The notes under the pieces: model-generated
Seen by the model: only the letters and a program-made list of their open reading frames with translations
Told to the model about the DNA's origin: nothing
Databases searched by the model: none
Translations under genes and position numbers: made by a program
Shown: positions 49,794 through 63,100 of the stretch, in pieces
Layout of the letters: each line of letters begins with the position of its first letter
How positions within the stretch are numbered: the stretch's first letter is position 1
Assembly: GCF_902713615.1 (NCBI RefSeq)
Contig: NC_052158.1
Coordinates: 13,512,546-13,576,545, forward strand
Direction: 5' to 3'
Source: Scyliorhinus canicula
Taxonomy: Eukaryota
Length of the DNA: 64,000 nt

Positions 49794-50120
49794 GTTCTAC
49801 GGTGACCAAGGTTCCATTGCCTGTCTGCTTCTGTTTCCCCAGCATTTCAATCTCACAGTAATATATACCAGAGTCGCATTCAGTCATGTGCTTAATGTGG
49901 ATAGATGCATCCTTCCTCGACTTGAAAGCCTTCTGGTCAGCTTTTATAATTCTTTGCTTGTACCTTGGAGAATCAAAGTCAATGGGACTGTCATCCCTTC
50001 TCCAGCTGTACGTCCCCAAGCCGTCTAAACGAAAACTGCAATTCAAGGTCACATTGCCGCCTTGCAATAAATGAATTGAAGCGGGCGTTTGCATCACGCG
50101 AGAAATAACGGCCTCCATAC
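49794..50120 (-). CDS. Gene B Ig V-set exon, germline V-J joined, NKp30/NCR3-like
   Basis: Acceptor tttctttgtgcaccactag, donor GTATGT, 327 bp phase 1-1; VMQTP, GGNVTLNCSF, YSW, ASIHI, DSGIYYCEIEMLG, TGNGTLVTVE (NKp30: TGNGTRLVVE). Confidence 0.9.
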
Positions 50121-51006
50121 CTAGTGGTGCACAAAGAAACAGTATTAATTAACTAATCTAACTAACACAGTATTGCCAAATAGGCATGGTCAATCTGGTT
50201 TAAAGCTCGCACTCTTGCCTGCGACTAAAATGGTTGTAAGTTCAAAGTTTGCAAATGCAAATATTATTATATGAAGAGTTTAATGCGGTAAGTAAGCGAA
50301 TGCCTCCACCCCCTCCACCCCCTCTGCACCCCCCCCCCCCCCCACCCCCTCCACCAAAGGAGAAGAAACGTGCACCCGGTGCAACAGCGAATATTTGTTC
50401 AGTGAAAAAATACCCCAAGTCAACTTGCGAAGTGTTGAGATCATTATAATTGAAGAATCTTAGTATCACCAAAGCATTTGGTGCACTGGTCTATCGAGCA
50501 ACAAATATTATAGTTCAGTTGTCATTCACTGGCCGTGAAATACTTTGAGAAGTTTTTAGTTGCAGGAAATGCAACCTCAGATTATACTTTCATTGAATTC
50601 AACTGTACGTTGTCATTCAATTCGGAATAAATTATTATAAGTATGATACAAGCATAGGGGAGAAAGCATTGGAGAAAGAAATAAAGAATGAAAGGTGTAG
50701 AGAGAAAATAATGGAAAGAAAACAAAAAAGACAATTTTGAGCCCCTCCTCATTAATATTAGAAGTAATAAATCAATTCAATACATATTTACCCTTCCGGC
50801 GTCTTTGATTTTCATATTAGGGAATTATAAGAAAATGCGTTTCCTTAATGCAGAGAGCCATAATATGACATGAGATGCTGGCATTCGCTATTAATATATT
50901 GCGTTCGTGAAACTATCGATAGAGTAAATCATTGAGCACTATCCACATCATAAATTCAGAGAAACTAAGCATTGCCTCAAATGTATTCAGGTATATATAT
51001 ATATTG

Positions 51007-51352
51007 GTGGGCAGCACGATAGCACAGGAGGTAGCACAGTTGCTTCACAGCTCCAGTGCCCCAGGTTCGAATCCCGGCTTGGGTCACTGTCTGTGTGGAG
51101 TCTACACGTTCTTCCAGTGCCTGCTTGGGTTTCCTCCTGGTGCTCCAGTTTCCTCCCACAGTCCAAAGATGCGCAGGTTGGGTGGATTGTCCATGTTAAA
51201 ATTGCTCTTAATGTCCAAAATGGTGAAGTGGGGTTGCTGGGTTACAGGGAAAGGGCGGTGGAGTGGGCTCTTAAGTAGGGTAGGGTGCTCTTTCCAAGGG
51301 CCGGTGCAGGCTTGAAGGGCCAAATGGCCTCCTTCTGCACTGTAAATTCTAC
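51007..51352 (+). mobile_element. HE1-type SINE in gene B intron 1
   Basis: gggcagcacgatagcac head through tgcactgtaaattcta 3' end. Confidence 0.82.
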
Positions 51353-52234
51353 AATATATATATATATACAATTATACCATTTCCACACTATGCCCATAAA
51401 TAACCGAATTTCATTTACATCCTAGATTTAGAGATTACGATCTCGAGCGCTATCCCTATTTGGCATCATTATTTTCTTCCCTCAGCTGCTCACCTCAAAG
51501 AAAAATTATCTATAAATATGTCGGATGTGGCCGCTAAAAATGCGATCATTCTATAAGAGTCTTCATTTGTAGTTTTCACCTTAATTCCCTAGATTAAGGT
51601 ATTCATATGTGGTTGAACAGCGGATGAAATTTATGGATTTTAGGCTGTATGTCATATTATCAAAGCAATATAATGAACATTATGATGAATTCAATTAACC
51701 ATCAAACCACTTTTCTTTCTGATCCGTACCCGAAATTTGTGACTATAATGTTTCTGTCTCCACGAAAGATTTTCTTCCATGATAAGCAACAAAGTATTGT
51801 AGTCACTGTTCTCAATTGTACATTTCACTGCATGTTTAGTTAAATAAAGAAATGTCTTGATGTTAACCTTAAATATTAGAGTAGAAGATTATTAGAAAGA
51901 GTAACTCTGTAACTTCCAGTTAATTTTATCATTTACAATAATCATCTGTTGAAAGTATGTATCAATTTGGCTGTAATCCAAGAGGCAAAACAAATAATGC
52001 TTGATTGTCTAGTTTAAAACTATATCTTGCCCGGTGAGTTATATTGTGGGTTCTGCGTGTGTCACTGTTTCCACCAGCATGGCCAGACATCAGAAGAAGT
52101 ACAGAGAAGACCTGCACGTTTAATCCCTGAATTGCACAGAATTACTTTTGAGGATCTATCGATAACTATTGATAAGACTATCTAAAAAGGTAAAATGATT
52201 TGAAGTTATTTTTTCAAATAAATTTAGATTACCC

Positions 52235-52630
52235 AATTATTTTTTCCAATTAAGGGGCAATTTAGCGTGGCCAATCCACCTAGAACATAGAACAGTACAG
52301 CACAGAACAGGCCCTTCAGCCCTCAATGTTGTGCCGAGCCATGATCACCCTACTCAAACCCACGTATCCACCCTATACCCGTAACCCAACAACCCCCCCC
52401 CCTTAACCTTACTTTAATTAGGACACTACGGGCAATTTAGCATGGCCAATCCACCTAACCCGCACATCTTTGGACTGTGGGAGGGCACATTTTTGGGTTG
52501 TGGGGGTGAAACCCACAGAAACACGGGGACAATGCGCAAACTCCACACGGGCAGTGACCCAGAGCCGGGATCGAACCTGGGACCTCAGCGCCGTGAGGCG
52601 GTTGTGCTAACCACTAGGCCACCGTGCTGC
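52235..52630 (-). mobile_element. Nested SINEs (CR1-tailed SINE fragment inserted into another V-SINE)
   Basis: gccaatccaccta occurs twice, with an inserted tagaacatagaacagtacag...ggactgtgggag block between. Confidence 0.65.
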
Positions 52631-53555
52631 CTTTGGTTTGAAGTTATAAAATAACTGGGCAAATTGGAGTCAGTTTGTCTACGGTTGAAAAAAAATGAAA
52701 ATCGCTTATTGGCACGAGTAGGCTTCAATGAAGTTACTGTGAAAAGCCCCTAGTCTCCACATTCCGGCGCCTGTCCGGGGAGGCTGGTACGGGAATGTAG
52801 GATTTAAGGTTGATTCATTTTCAAATGAAAATAGCAGAACAATTGTAAATGCGAGAAGAATTTAGTTACTCCGGGTGGCATTTTACTGGCAAATGTAGTG
52901 GAAGGAAAAGACGTCTTGAACTTCAAGGAGGCTCTTTTCAACAATTAAGGATTGAGGATTATCAGAAATGCACATCGGTAATATTGTGGATTGAATGGCT
53001 AAATGGTTCAGCAGTTACTCGTTGGATGGATCCTTCATTTGTGGTGACCACAAACACACTTTGCAAAAATGCTGACATTTGATTTTATAGTTATGCGCTG
53101 GTAACACGTCAAGGAATTTCTTTAGTGAATGACCAGGAAACACATCAGTGAAATGTAACTGCATGGTTTAATCATTTGCCACAATAAACATTCCAAACAC
53201 ATTATTATAGATTTACAACGGTACCGGGTGAAACATGCCAACTCATTCACAGGCTAATGTTCAGGTCAGCTCAATACCAGGCGTCTGTATTTGAGTACTT
53301 TCACTGGCAATGCTTTGCAAAACTTAAATTTGAATAAAAACTTGACACTAAACATAAATTGGCGGTTGTGTATCATTCTAAACATTCTATTATTGCAACT
53401 CATGTTTTTTTCTTCCTCTGCTTAGACAATATAGAAAGGTATTAATGCCTACTTCTCTAGTGTTTTAAAAATGCACGCCATCGTTTACTTAGTCTGATTA
53501 ATGGTCACGACGTTCTTAGAATATTTAAACAATCAGAGCGTGACTATTCACTTAC

Positions 53556-53616
53556 CGGTTGTACAACTTGAAATCAGGAGAAAAAGAGAGGTTGTCGCCC
53601 ACCGTTCTGCCGCCAT
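53556..53616 (-). CDS. Gene B signal-peptide exon (MAAERWATTSLFLLISSCTT)
   Basis: ATG at 53616 in strong Kozak context (gtaacaATGG), donor G/GTAAGT at 53555, phase 1; weaker upstream in-frame ATG at 53631. Confidence 0.85.
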
Positions 53617-54354
53617 TGTTACGGACTGCATTGAGACAGGAAAACAAATTTCGTTAGTCGAAAGGCAGTTTGCGATAAGATCAGCCTTTAGCGTGAGATA
53701 ACATTGTGCTTTACAGCACGCCTGAACCGCGGTTTGCCAGTAACCTTGCAATTTGGGTTTGTAGTATATGGCTGAACTGAAAAGCCCACATCTGACAGGA
53801 TGTCAGACGTCAACAAAATTAACGAGCCTGGCGAAGAAAGGAAGAAGTAAGATGGCAAGATGCATATCCGCCCCAGTTCACATCCTCATAACTAAAGCAA
53901 AAACAAACTCTGGAAATATAATTTTATGCCCCTTTCTATATAGTTTAGCACGGGCTATCAAATCCATGGAACCTCTTAAGACCCCCCCCCCCCCCCCCCC
54001 CACCCCTCTCCCCGGCTCAGACAAAACCACCCGTTCAGTGCACTCTGATTTTTAAAATTGCACACTTGTCAGCACCCAACTGTCACTTCATCCTTGATGC
54101 AGGCTGGTCTCCTCTGCCCACTTAGAGCTGTGCATAGATGTTAGCGCTTTGAATTTTGTCTACGTCTCTCAAATATAGAGCCTTCCACTTATAAGGACAC
54201 ACAACAATAAACACAATGTAATTACTGTCATGCCATCTGAAAGCGTATAAAAATGGCAAGGTTTTAAACTGAATGCAGCTCCAGGCATTGTCACACGCAT
54301 GAACTCACGATATCACAGAGCGCTTTTACATGAAAGGAAGAATGATAAACAAAG

Positions 54355-54800
54355 AACAAAGAACAAGTAACAAACAAAAGCACAGCACAGGATCAGGACC
54401 TTCGGCCCTCCAAGCCTGTGCCGACCATGCTGCCCGTCTAAACTAAAATCTTCTACACTTCCTGGGTCCGTGTCCCTCTATTCCCATCCTATTAATGTAT
54501 TTGTCAAGATGCCCCTTAATTGTCACTACCGTCCCTGCTTCCACCACCTCCTCCACAGCGAGTTCCAGGCACCCACTACCTTCTGTGTAAAAAACCTTGC
54601 CTCGTACATGGCCTCTAAACCTTGCCCCTGGCGCTTTAAACCTATGCCCCCTGATAATTGACCCCTCTACCTGGGAAAAAGCCTCTAACTATCCACTCTC
54701 TCTACGCCCCTCATAATTTTGTAGACTTCTATCAGGTCGCCCCTCAACCTCTGTCCTTCCAGTGAGAACAAACCGAGTTTATTCAACCGCTCTTCATAGC
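54355..54800 (-). mobile_element. CR1 LINE 3' end
   Basis: aaagaacaaagaacaa tail and CR1 3' sequence on the reverse strand. Confidence 0.7.
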
Positions 54801-57758
54801 TAATGCTAATAGCTAAAGAAGTGCCGCTGTTTTATATATTGTGGCATTCAATACAATTAAAATGTGCTATGACCAGGCTATAGACAAGGGAGCTAACGTT
54901 TGCAAATGGTTAACTGAAATCTGGTTCATTTTTTTAGACAGACTGATTACAAAACAAGTTGTTCATAGAAGTGTTCTTCCTGTTATGTTGATGGAATGAG
55001 GAACTAGGTTGCGTGAATTTGTACAACTCTATTGCAGATTAAGACACGCTTCTCCGTGCGCCGTATACCAATTATTTTCACTTGCTGTGGCCAGTGCCTG
55101 ACCTAAATAAACGCACATGGGCCTGCTACGATGGAAGCATTATGTGAGCCGATTTTTGAAAGGAACAGCTGAATTCAATAACGATGCTGAGCATTAACTG
55201 TCGAAAGCAGCTGCGCCACGTAACCTGTACCTTTGAACATCAACTTTTGACCGAAGGCAGCAGAAGTACATTCAAGCAGTTGATGGGGGAGAACAAAAGA
55301 CTAGAGCATCGCGTTTGCCGCAAATGAATCTACAAATCTTGCCTAAGCCTGTTCTTGAAAAGAATTAATTAATTTGTTCCTCCGCAGCAACAACCACCAC
55401 CACACAGCATCCAACACTCCTACTCCAGACTCCGCCACCAGTTCCCCATAACCCTATATTTGCCTTCCATTTCAATTATGTATTTATTGCCTTTTTGGAA
55501 GTTAGCAGTGACGCACCACCCTTTCAGGCAGCACATTCCGTATCATAATAAGGGGCAGCCAATGACTTTCGCAATTTCGTCTATAATTGTATCATTCATC
55601 AGATACCAACGTTATCTTGTCATGAGCCCATAGCCATTGGAAACTGCTTCTAATTATGTATTCTATCATAGTTACTGAGAATTTTGAACCTCTATTATAT
55701 TTTCTGAAATGTGGTATTGGGAAGTCAATGGAATACTCCAATGGAGGCCTACTCCGTTATTCATAAAGGGGTTGAGTCTAATTTCTGGGGTTTTGTACTA
55801 TATGCATAAATCCAAGGATCACATACTCTGTTTTCACCCATAGGTCCCTCAATCCGCAAAAGAACCACATCCGGTTCGGGTGACCTTTCGACTTTTAATG
55901 CTGCTAACCTTTAAACAGCCCCTTATTATCTATCTCATTCTTCGGAATTACTGTACACCAACACTCACCGCAACGCCCCCCCCCCTCCCCCCCCCCCCCC
56001 CACCCCACACACACGCCTACCGCTTGTCCCCCTTTTTTTGTTTACGATGAGCTCGGCATCAACATCTGTTTTGCGAAGACTTGTACAAAGTAATCATTCA
56101 AACAAGTAATTTTCCTTCTTCTATCTTTCTGAAAGACTGAGTGGCCCCTCTGATTTCGTTTGACCACATATTTTTATATGCACTTATTGTGATTATTTTC
56201 TTTAATTAGTTACTCTTCCGCCTATTGTGTATTCAGTTTCATTATCTATTGTATTGGATACCTAACATGTATCATAAATTCCATTATTCTGTTTAATATT
56301 AATATAAATTTCTACAGCCATCAGACAGTTGTACACTTTTGAAGCTCAATCCTCCTTTATAAATGTCTTCATATTGTTACCCTAAATAAATCGTCCTTGA
56401 AGACCATTCATTTACTTTAAACAGAAAATGGCATGGATAAAGATGTCCAATCTAGTAGCTGTGTCTCTCAACATCCGGCCAACAGAGTTACCATGATCAC
56501 CTTCCTACTTTGGCTTGTAGTCACTAAAGTCCCAAAGCAGTGTGAATTATCCTCTGATATTTCCTTCTTAAAACGTGTGCTCTACACAAATGAATGCTAT
56601 GTTGCCATTTCAAGGGTCCCTTTGTTAAACACCGAAAATCTCCTTACTTTACTTGATGCAATGAAGCCTTTTGTGGAACATTCCGAATGCTGAGTTATCA
56701 CAGGCCATGGTCACACAAATGGACAATTCTGATGCAGGCTCTCTTAAATGCAATATGACCAGGGATGCCAGCTGAAATACATGCTTCTGAGAGTATGCCG
56801 TTATCGAATGGTTCCTTGGATAAGGGGGTTATTCTCTGAGAAAGGTTGCACACTGTAGGTCTATAACCATTGGAGTTTAGAATAATGAGAGGTAATCTTA
56901 TTGAAATAATAAGATCGTGGGCCGACCTTGACAGGGTGGGAGCTGAAGAGGATAGAAACTCTGAAACATAGAAAATAGAGCAGGAGGAGGCCATTCGACC
57001 CTTCGAGTCTACTGCGTCATTTATTATAATCATGGTTGATCACCCAAGTCTATAGTCTGATCGCGCCTTATTCCCATACACTTGATTCCCTTCACCCCAA
57101 GTGCTATATCTACATTTTGGAAGCATAACGTGTTTTGGCCTCAACTACTTTCTGTTGTAAGTGCTTTCCCTTGTGTGAGTGACTGAACTCTGGGACACCG
57201 GTTAAAAATTTTAAAAACTGTCACTGAAGTCGGAGATAAGGAAAATGTTTTGACTTCAAAGTTTCGTACCTCTGTGGAACTCTCGCAACGGGAGAGCGGC
57301 GGTGCCTATGTCATTGAACATTTTAAAATCGGAGTTAGATTGAATCTTGGTTAACAAGTGAATCAAAGAGCATAGAGATAGACAGGGAGGGGGGAGTGGT
57401 GGTACAATCAGATCCGGGCCAAATGGACTGTATCCTGCACCTATATCATATGCCCATATATAATGTCAATCTGTGATGCAGATATTACTACTTGTGCATC
57501 CATGTGTTTATATGGAGGAGGAATATTTTGGAAGATTGCAGACTGATACAGCAGACTACTGCTACAGCGACTTTTCTTTGCAAATAGAGTATTCGTTATC
57601 TTTCCCAATTGTTCTGTTATGTCGCAGTCAAAACGCCATGATATAAAGATGTATTTCAGAAGGCTCTAACAATCAGCCACATTTTGGCAATCACATATAG
57701 GCGATACCAGGTGGATGAAAGGCATCGTTTCCGGAAGAAACATCTAAATCTGTTGGAG

Positions 57759-59751
57759 AACATAGAACATAGAATATAGAACACTATAGCGCAGTACGGG
57801 CCCTTCGGCCCTCGATGTTGCGCCGACCTGTGAAACCATCTGAAGCCTATCTGACCTACACTATTCCATTTTCATCCATATGTCTATCCAGTGACCACTT
57901 AAATGCCCTTAAAGTTGGCGAGTCTACTACTGTTGCAGGCAGGTGGTTCCACACCCCTACCTCTCTCTGAGTAAAGAAACTGCCTCGGACATCTGTCCTA
58001 TATCTATCACCCCTCAATTTAAAGCTATGTCCCCTCGTGTTGGTCATCACCATCCGAGGAAAAAGACTCTCACTGTCCACCCTATCTAACCCTCGGACTA
58101 TCTTATATGTCTCTATTAAGTCACTTCTCAGCCTTCTCCTCTCTAACGAAAACAACCTCAAGTCCCTGAGCCTTTCCTCGTAAGACCTTCCCTCCATGCC
58201 AGGCAACATCCTAGTAAATCTCCTCTGAACCCTTTCCAAAGCTTCCACATACTTCCTATAATGTGGTGATCAGAACTGCACGCAGTACTCCAGGAGCGGC
58301 CGCACCAGAGTTATGTACAGCTGCAGCATGACCTTGTGGCTCCGAAAATCAATCCCCCTGCTGATAAAGGCTACCACACCATATGCCTTCTTAACAGCCC
58401 TATTAACCTGGGTGGCAACCTTCAGGGATTTATGTACCTGGATGCCGAGATCTCTCTGTTCATCTACACTACCAAGAATCTTGCCATTAGCCCAGTACTC
58501 TGCATTCCTGTTACTCCTTCCAAAGTGAACCACCTCACACTTTTCCGCAGTAAACTCCATCTGCCACCTCTCAGCCCAGTTCTGCATCTTATCTATGTCC
58601 CTCTGTATCCTATAACATCCTTCAGCACTATCCACAACTCCACCGACCTTCGTGTCATCTGCAAATTTACTAACCCATCCTTCTACACCCTCTTCCATGT
58701 CATTTATAAAAATGACAAACAGCAGTGGCCCCAAAACAGATCCTTGCGGTACACCACTAGTAACTGAACTCCAGGATCAACATTTGCCATCAACCACCAC
58801 CCTCTGTCTTCTTTCAGCAAGCCAATTACTGATCCAAACCGCTAAATCACCTTCAATCCCATACTTCCTTATTTTCTGCAATAGCCTACCATGGGGAACC
58901 TTATCAAACGCCTTACTGAAATCCATATACACCACATCAAACGCTTTACCCTCATCCACCTGTTTGGTCACCTTCTCAAAAAATTCAATAAGGGTTTGTG
59001 AGGCATGACCTACCCTTCACAAAACCGTGTTGACTATCGCTAAGCAACTTGTTATTTTCAAGTTGATTATAAACCCTATCTCATAACCTTTTCCAACATT
59101 TTACCCACAACCGAAGTAAGGCTCACAGGTCTATAATTACCAGGGTTGTCTCTACTCCCCTTCTTGAACAAGGGGACAACATTTGCTATCCTCCAGTCTT
59201 CCGGCACTATTCCTGTCGACAAAGACGACATAAAGATCAAGGACAAAGGCTCTGCAATCTCCTCCCTGGCTTCCCAGAGAATCCTAGGATAAATCCCATC
59301 TGGCCCAGGAGACTTATCTATTTTTACATTTTCCAAAATTGCTAACACCTCCTCCTTTTGAACCTCAATTCCATCTAGCCTGGTCGACTGAACCTGGTCC
59401 TCTACAACATTGTCTTTCTCCAGTGTAAACACTGACGAAAAATATCCATTGAACGCTTCCCCTATCTCCTCTGATTCCACACACAACTTTCCACTACTAT
59501 CCTTGATTGGCCCTAATCTTACTCTAGTCATTCTTTTGTTCCTGATATACCTATCGAAAGCCTTAGGGTTTTCCGTGATCCTATCCGCGAACGACTTTTC
59601 GTGTCCTCTCCTCGCTCTTCTTAACTCTCCCTTTAGGTCCTTCCTGGCTAACTTGTAACTCTCAAGTGCCCTAACTGAGCCTTCATGTCTCATCCTAACA
59701 TAAGCCTTCTTCATTCTCTTGACAAGTGCTTCAACTTCCTTAGTAAACCAC
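57759..59751 (-). mobile_element. Relatively young 5'-truncated CR1 LINE (ORF2 RT region, few frameshifts)
   Basis: ORFs 59076-59765, 58652-59008, 58270-58734, 57856-58248: KSPGPDGIYPR, GNYRPVSL, DFSKAFDKVPH, GPLLFVIFIND, KFADDTK; (TTCTATG)n tail at 57759-57783. Confidence 0.93.
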
Positions 59752-60197
59752 GGAAGTTGAAGCACTTGTCAAGAGAATGAAGATGGCTTATGTTAGGATG
59801 AGACATGTGGAACGATGTGGAGTGTTCCAAAGAACTCATTTGGAAAGGATTTGGCGGTGGGAGTGGCTTCTAGTGTGGTTCTAGTGGTGTTGAGGAAACA
59901 GGTTGCTTATATCACAACAAGGCAACTGGGTCGCTGGGATGTTGGCATCAGCAATAGAGGAAGTAGAAGAACATCTGGACATGTTTCCAAATGCCTATTG
60001 AAGACCTAGTGACATTAGACTGGAGAGTGACTGATTGAACACTTCAGTGCGTCATAGGAAGTAAGAAGATCAGGCAGTTCAGTATTCGGTGTTGCAATAA
60101 ATCAGCATCGAAACCAAGAAACAACAAACAAACATCCAAAAACATATTTGTTATTTAAAAGTTTGACATTTGCAAGTCATTAGCTGAACAGTGCACC

Positions 60198-63100
60198 GGG
60201 AGCGGTGCCAGCGGGGCCAACGAGCAGGAGAGAGAAAGAGGGGGAGAGAGAGGGCCCCCACCCCACCCCCTCCCCGCCATCCCGCAGCGACCACGTGGTG
60301 AGCGGCGAGACAAAGAGCGACTCCCGTCCGCACCAGGAAAATTCTCTCCCAAACCCTCCTGAGCCAGTGAATAGGAAGGGGGGGGGGGGGGGAAGAGAAG
60401 AAGAGGGGGAAATAACAGTAAATAAATAAACAAGAGTCGAGGAAAGAGAGAAAGGACGGGAGGAAGGTAACCAACCACAACCCCCCCAACAAAAAAAGGG
60501 AAACCCGAGACAGATCCAGCGAGAGCAGAGGAGCGGGGGAAATGAGAGCAACCCCAGGGTAAGGAACAGCAGCGGGGAAAGAAAGAGAGACAGACAGATG
60601 GCTGGAGGAAAGAAAACCATAAAGGTGAAGGGACAGCGAGATACAAGCAGCAGCAGCAGCGAGGGTAAGGCGCATGAGCAGCGGACGCGTAGGCAGGCCA
60701 CCCCACAAGATGAGATGGAGGTATGGGCGAGCCTGAAAGGGAAAACGATGGCGGACCAAGCAGCGGAGCGTGAGCAGGACGCAATGACCAGCATAAAGGA
60801 GGCGCTCTGGTCGGAGCTCCAAGCAATGATGAAGGAGACGATGCACAAAATGCAGCAGACCATCAAAGGCCTGGAAAGGGAAGTGAAGGCGCAGAAAAAA
60901 AATCGATTTTGGAGTTGGAAAGAGACCCCTGGGACCAGAGCGACAGGGTGATAACCCTTGAAGCCGAGGTTAAAAGGTTAGTAATGGCCCAGTGGAGCCT
61001 AAGAAGGAAAGTGGAGGACCAGGAAACTAGGTCCAGATGGCAGAATAATAAAATGATGGGTCTGCCAGAGGGGATAGAGGGCAGAGACCCAACAGGCTAC
61101 ATCACCCAAATGATGGGCAAGCTAGTGGGAAAGGAGGTATTCCCAAACCCACCGGAAATAGACAGGACACACAGGTCACTCCGACCCAAGCCCAAAGCCG
61201 GCGACCAGCCCAGAGCAATTATTGCGAAGCTGCACCAGTCCCAAGACCGGGAGAGAATCCTAAAGTGGGCCCAGCAAATGAAACAGAGCACATGGGAAGG
61301 GAAGAACATGAGGGTGTATCAGGGCATTGGGGTGGACCGAGCCCAGAAAAAGGGCTGAATTCAACAAGGCGAAATCAGCACTGCATAAAAGCATGGTAAA
61401 ATTTGGGATGTTATTCCCGGCCAAACTCTGGGTAACATTTGGGCAGAAAGAGCTGTATTTTAACACCCAGCGGCGCCTGATGAGTTCGTTAGAGCGAAAA
61501 AGCTGGGGGAAGAGCGCACGCAACCGCAATGAAAGACATGGGGCGAAATCGGAAGGGAAAACCAGAACAAAGAGCGGAAGACAGACCCCAAACAAGGACA
61601 ATGGATTCATGAACTGTGCACATGGGTGTTATGCCTTGCGAGGGACTGTGCAGTCTTCTTCCAGTCTTGTCTCCACTCTCAATGCAATGGGGGGTGGGGG
61701 GGGGGGGTGAGTGGAGCGAGGGAAATTAGGGTGAAGAAAGTAAACAGGAGGGCGAGACAAGGGCCATTAGGAGAAAGGTTAAACAGGGCCAGAACTGGGC
61801 GAATACTGGGAGATAGGCCACTGTAAAAGTGTGGAGGGACAGCACGGGAGGGCAGGAAGGAAGGAGGGCTGTGGCGCTCCTCTCAGGGAAGGGGGAGTGC
61901 CTGGCACAAGGAGACGAGGGGAGGGCATCAGGATTGTGAACACAGTGGGGCAAAGGGACAGGGGCTAGGGAGGGAGAGGAGGCAGGGGGAGAACACAGAA
62001 CAAAAGGGAAGCAAAGAGAGGGGTGAGATAGTGAAGCAGTACAGACATAGGCCTCGGCTGGCATGGAGAAGGGCGAGGAACCAAGAGGGCGCTGCAAACA
62101 GCCACTCGAGAGGGCAGCAGAGTGGAAGAAGACCCCAGAGCGCAGGGACGCATCCGTGTGGCGTACACACAGCTGGTGGCCACATCGGGTGCCCCGGGGC
62201 AAAGGGAAACCACGGAGCACTGGGGCCCGACCCCATGGTGAGGGCGGTGACCCTGGTCATTTTGGACGCCCCCCTCGCAAAGGGAAACCCAGAATGCAGG
62301 GGGGCGTCCACCAGGTAAGTATGGGTGATCCCACAGGACCGGGGGCGTCAGAAAACCCCCATCAGGATTGTTACCTCAACGGACCAGTGAAAAGATCCAG
62401 AGTGTTCGCTCACCTAGAAAGCCTAAAAGCAGGCATAATCAACTTACAAGAGATGCACCTGAGAGAGAAGGACCGACTGCTGGTAAGCAAGGGCTGGATG
62501 GGACAGACGTACCAATCATGATACGGGACGAGGGCTAGGGGGGAGGCATCAAAATTAATTAGCAAAGGGGCGAGGTTTACAGGAATCAAGGCAGTTACAG
62601 ACCCAGGGGAAGTCATGATCAGCGGTGTCCTGTCGGGGAACCTGTCATACTGGTAAATGTGTATGCTCCCAACTGGGACGACTCAGAATTCATAAAGAAG
62701 ACCATGGTGGACATCCCCGACCTTAACACATACCGACTGATTATGGGGGGGGGGCGACGTTAACTGCATGCTGAACCCACTGACCGACCGATCAAATCCC
62801 AGAATGCAGAAAACGTCTGGCATGGCTAGGATGCTAGGGGCCTTCATGGAACAGATGGGGGGTGGTGGACCCATGGAGGTTCTTTCACCTGGGAGAAATG
62901 AGTTCTCGTTCTTTTCTCAGGTGCACAAGGTATACACCCACATCGACTAATTTGCAGGGGGAAAGCGATGCTTCCAGGAATCACGGGAACGGATTACTCC
63001 ACGATCATTATCTCCGACCACGGTCCACATTATATGAATGTGACGTTGGAGACAGGACGGGCTCAGCACCTGTGAAAAGGCTTACATGGACCTCCTGGCC

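Noticed and set aside
56493-56541. Leader-like MITFLLWLVVTKVPKQ
   Set aside because: Weak donor and only LINE sequence downstream within the window.
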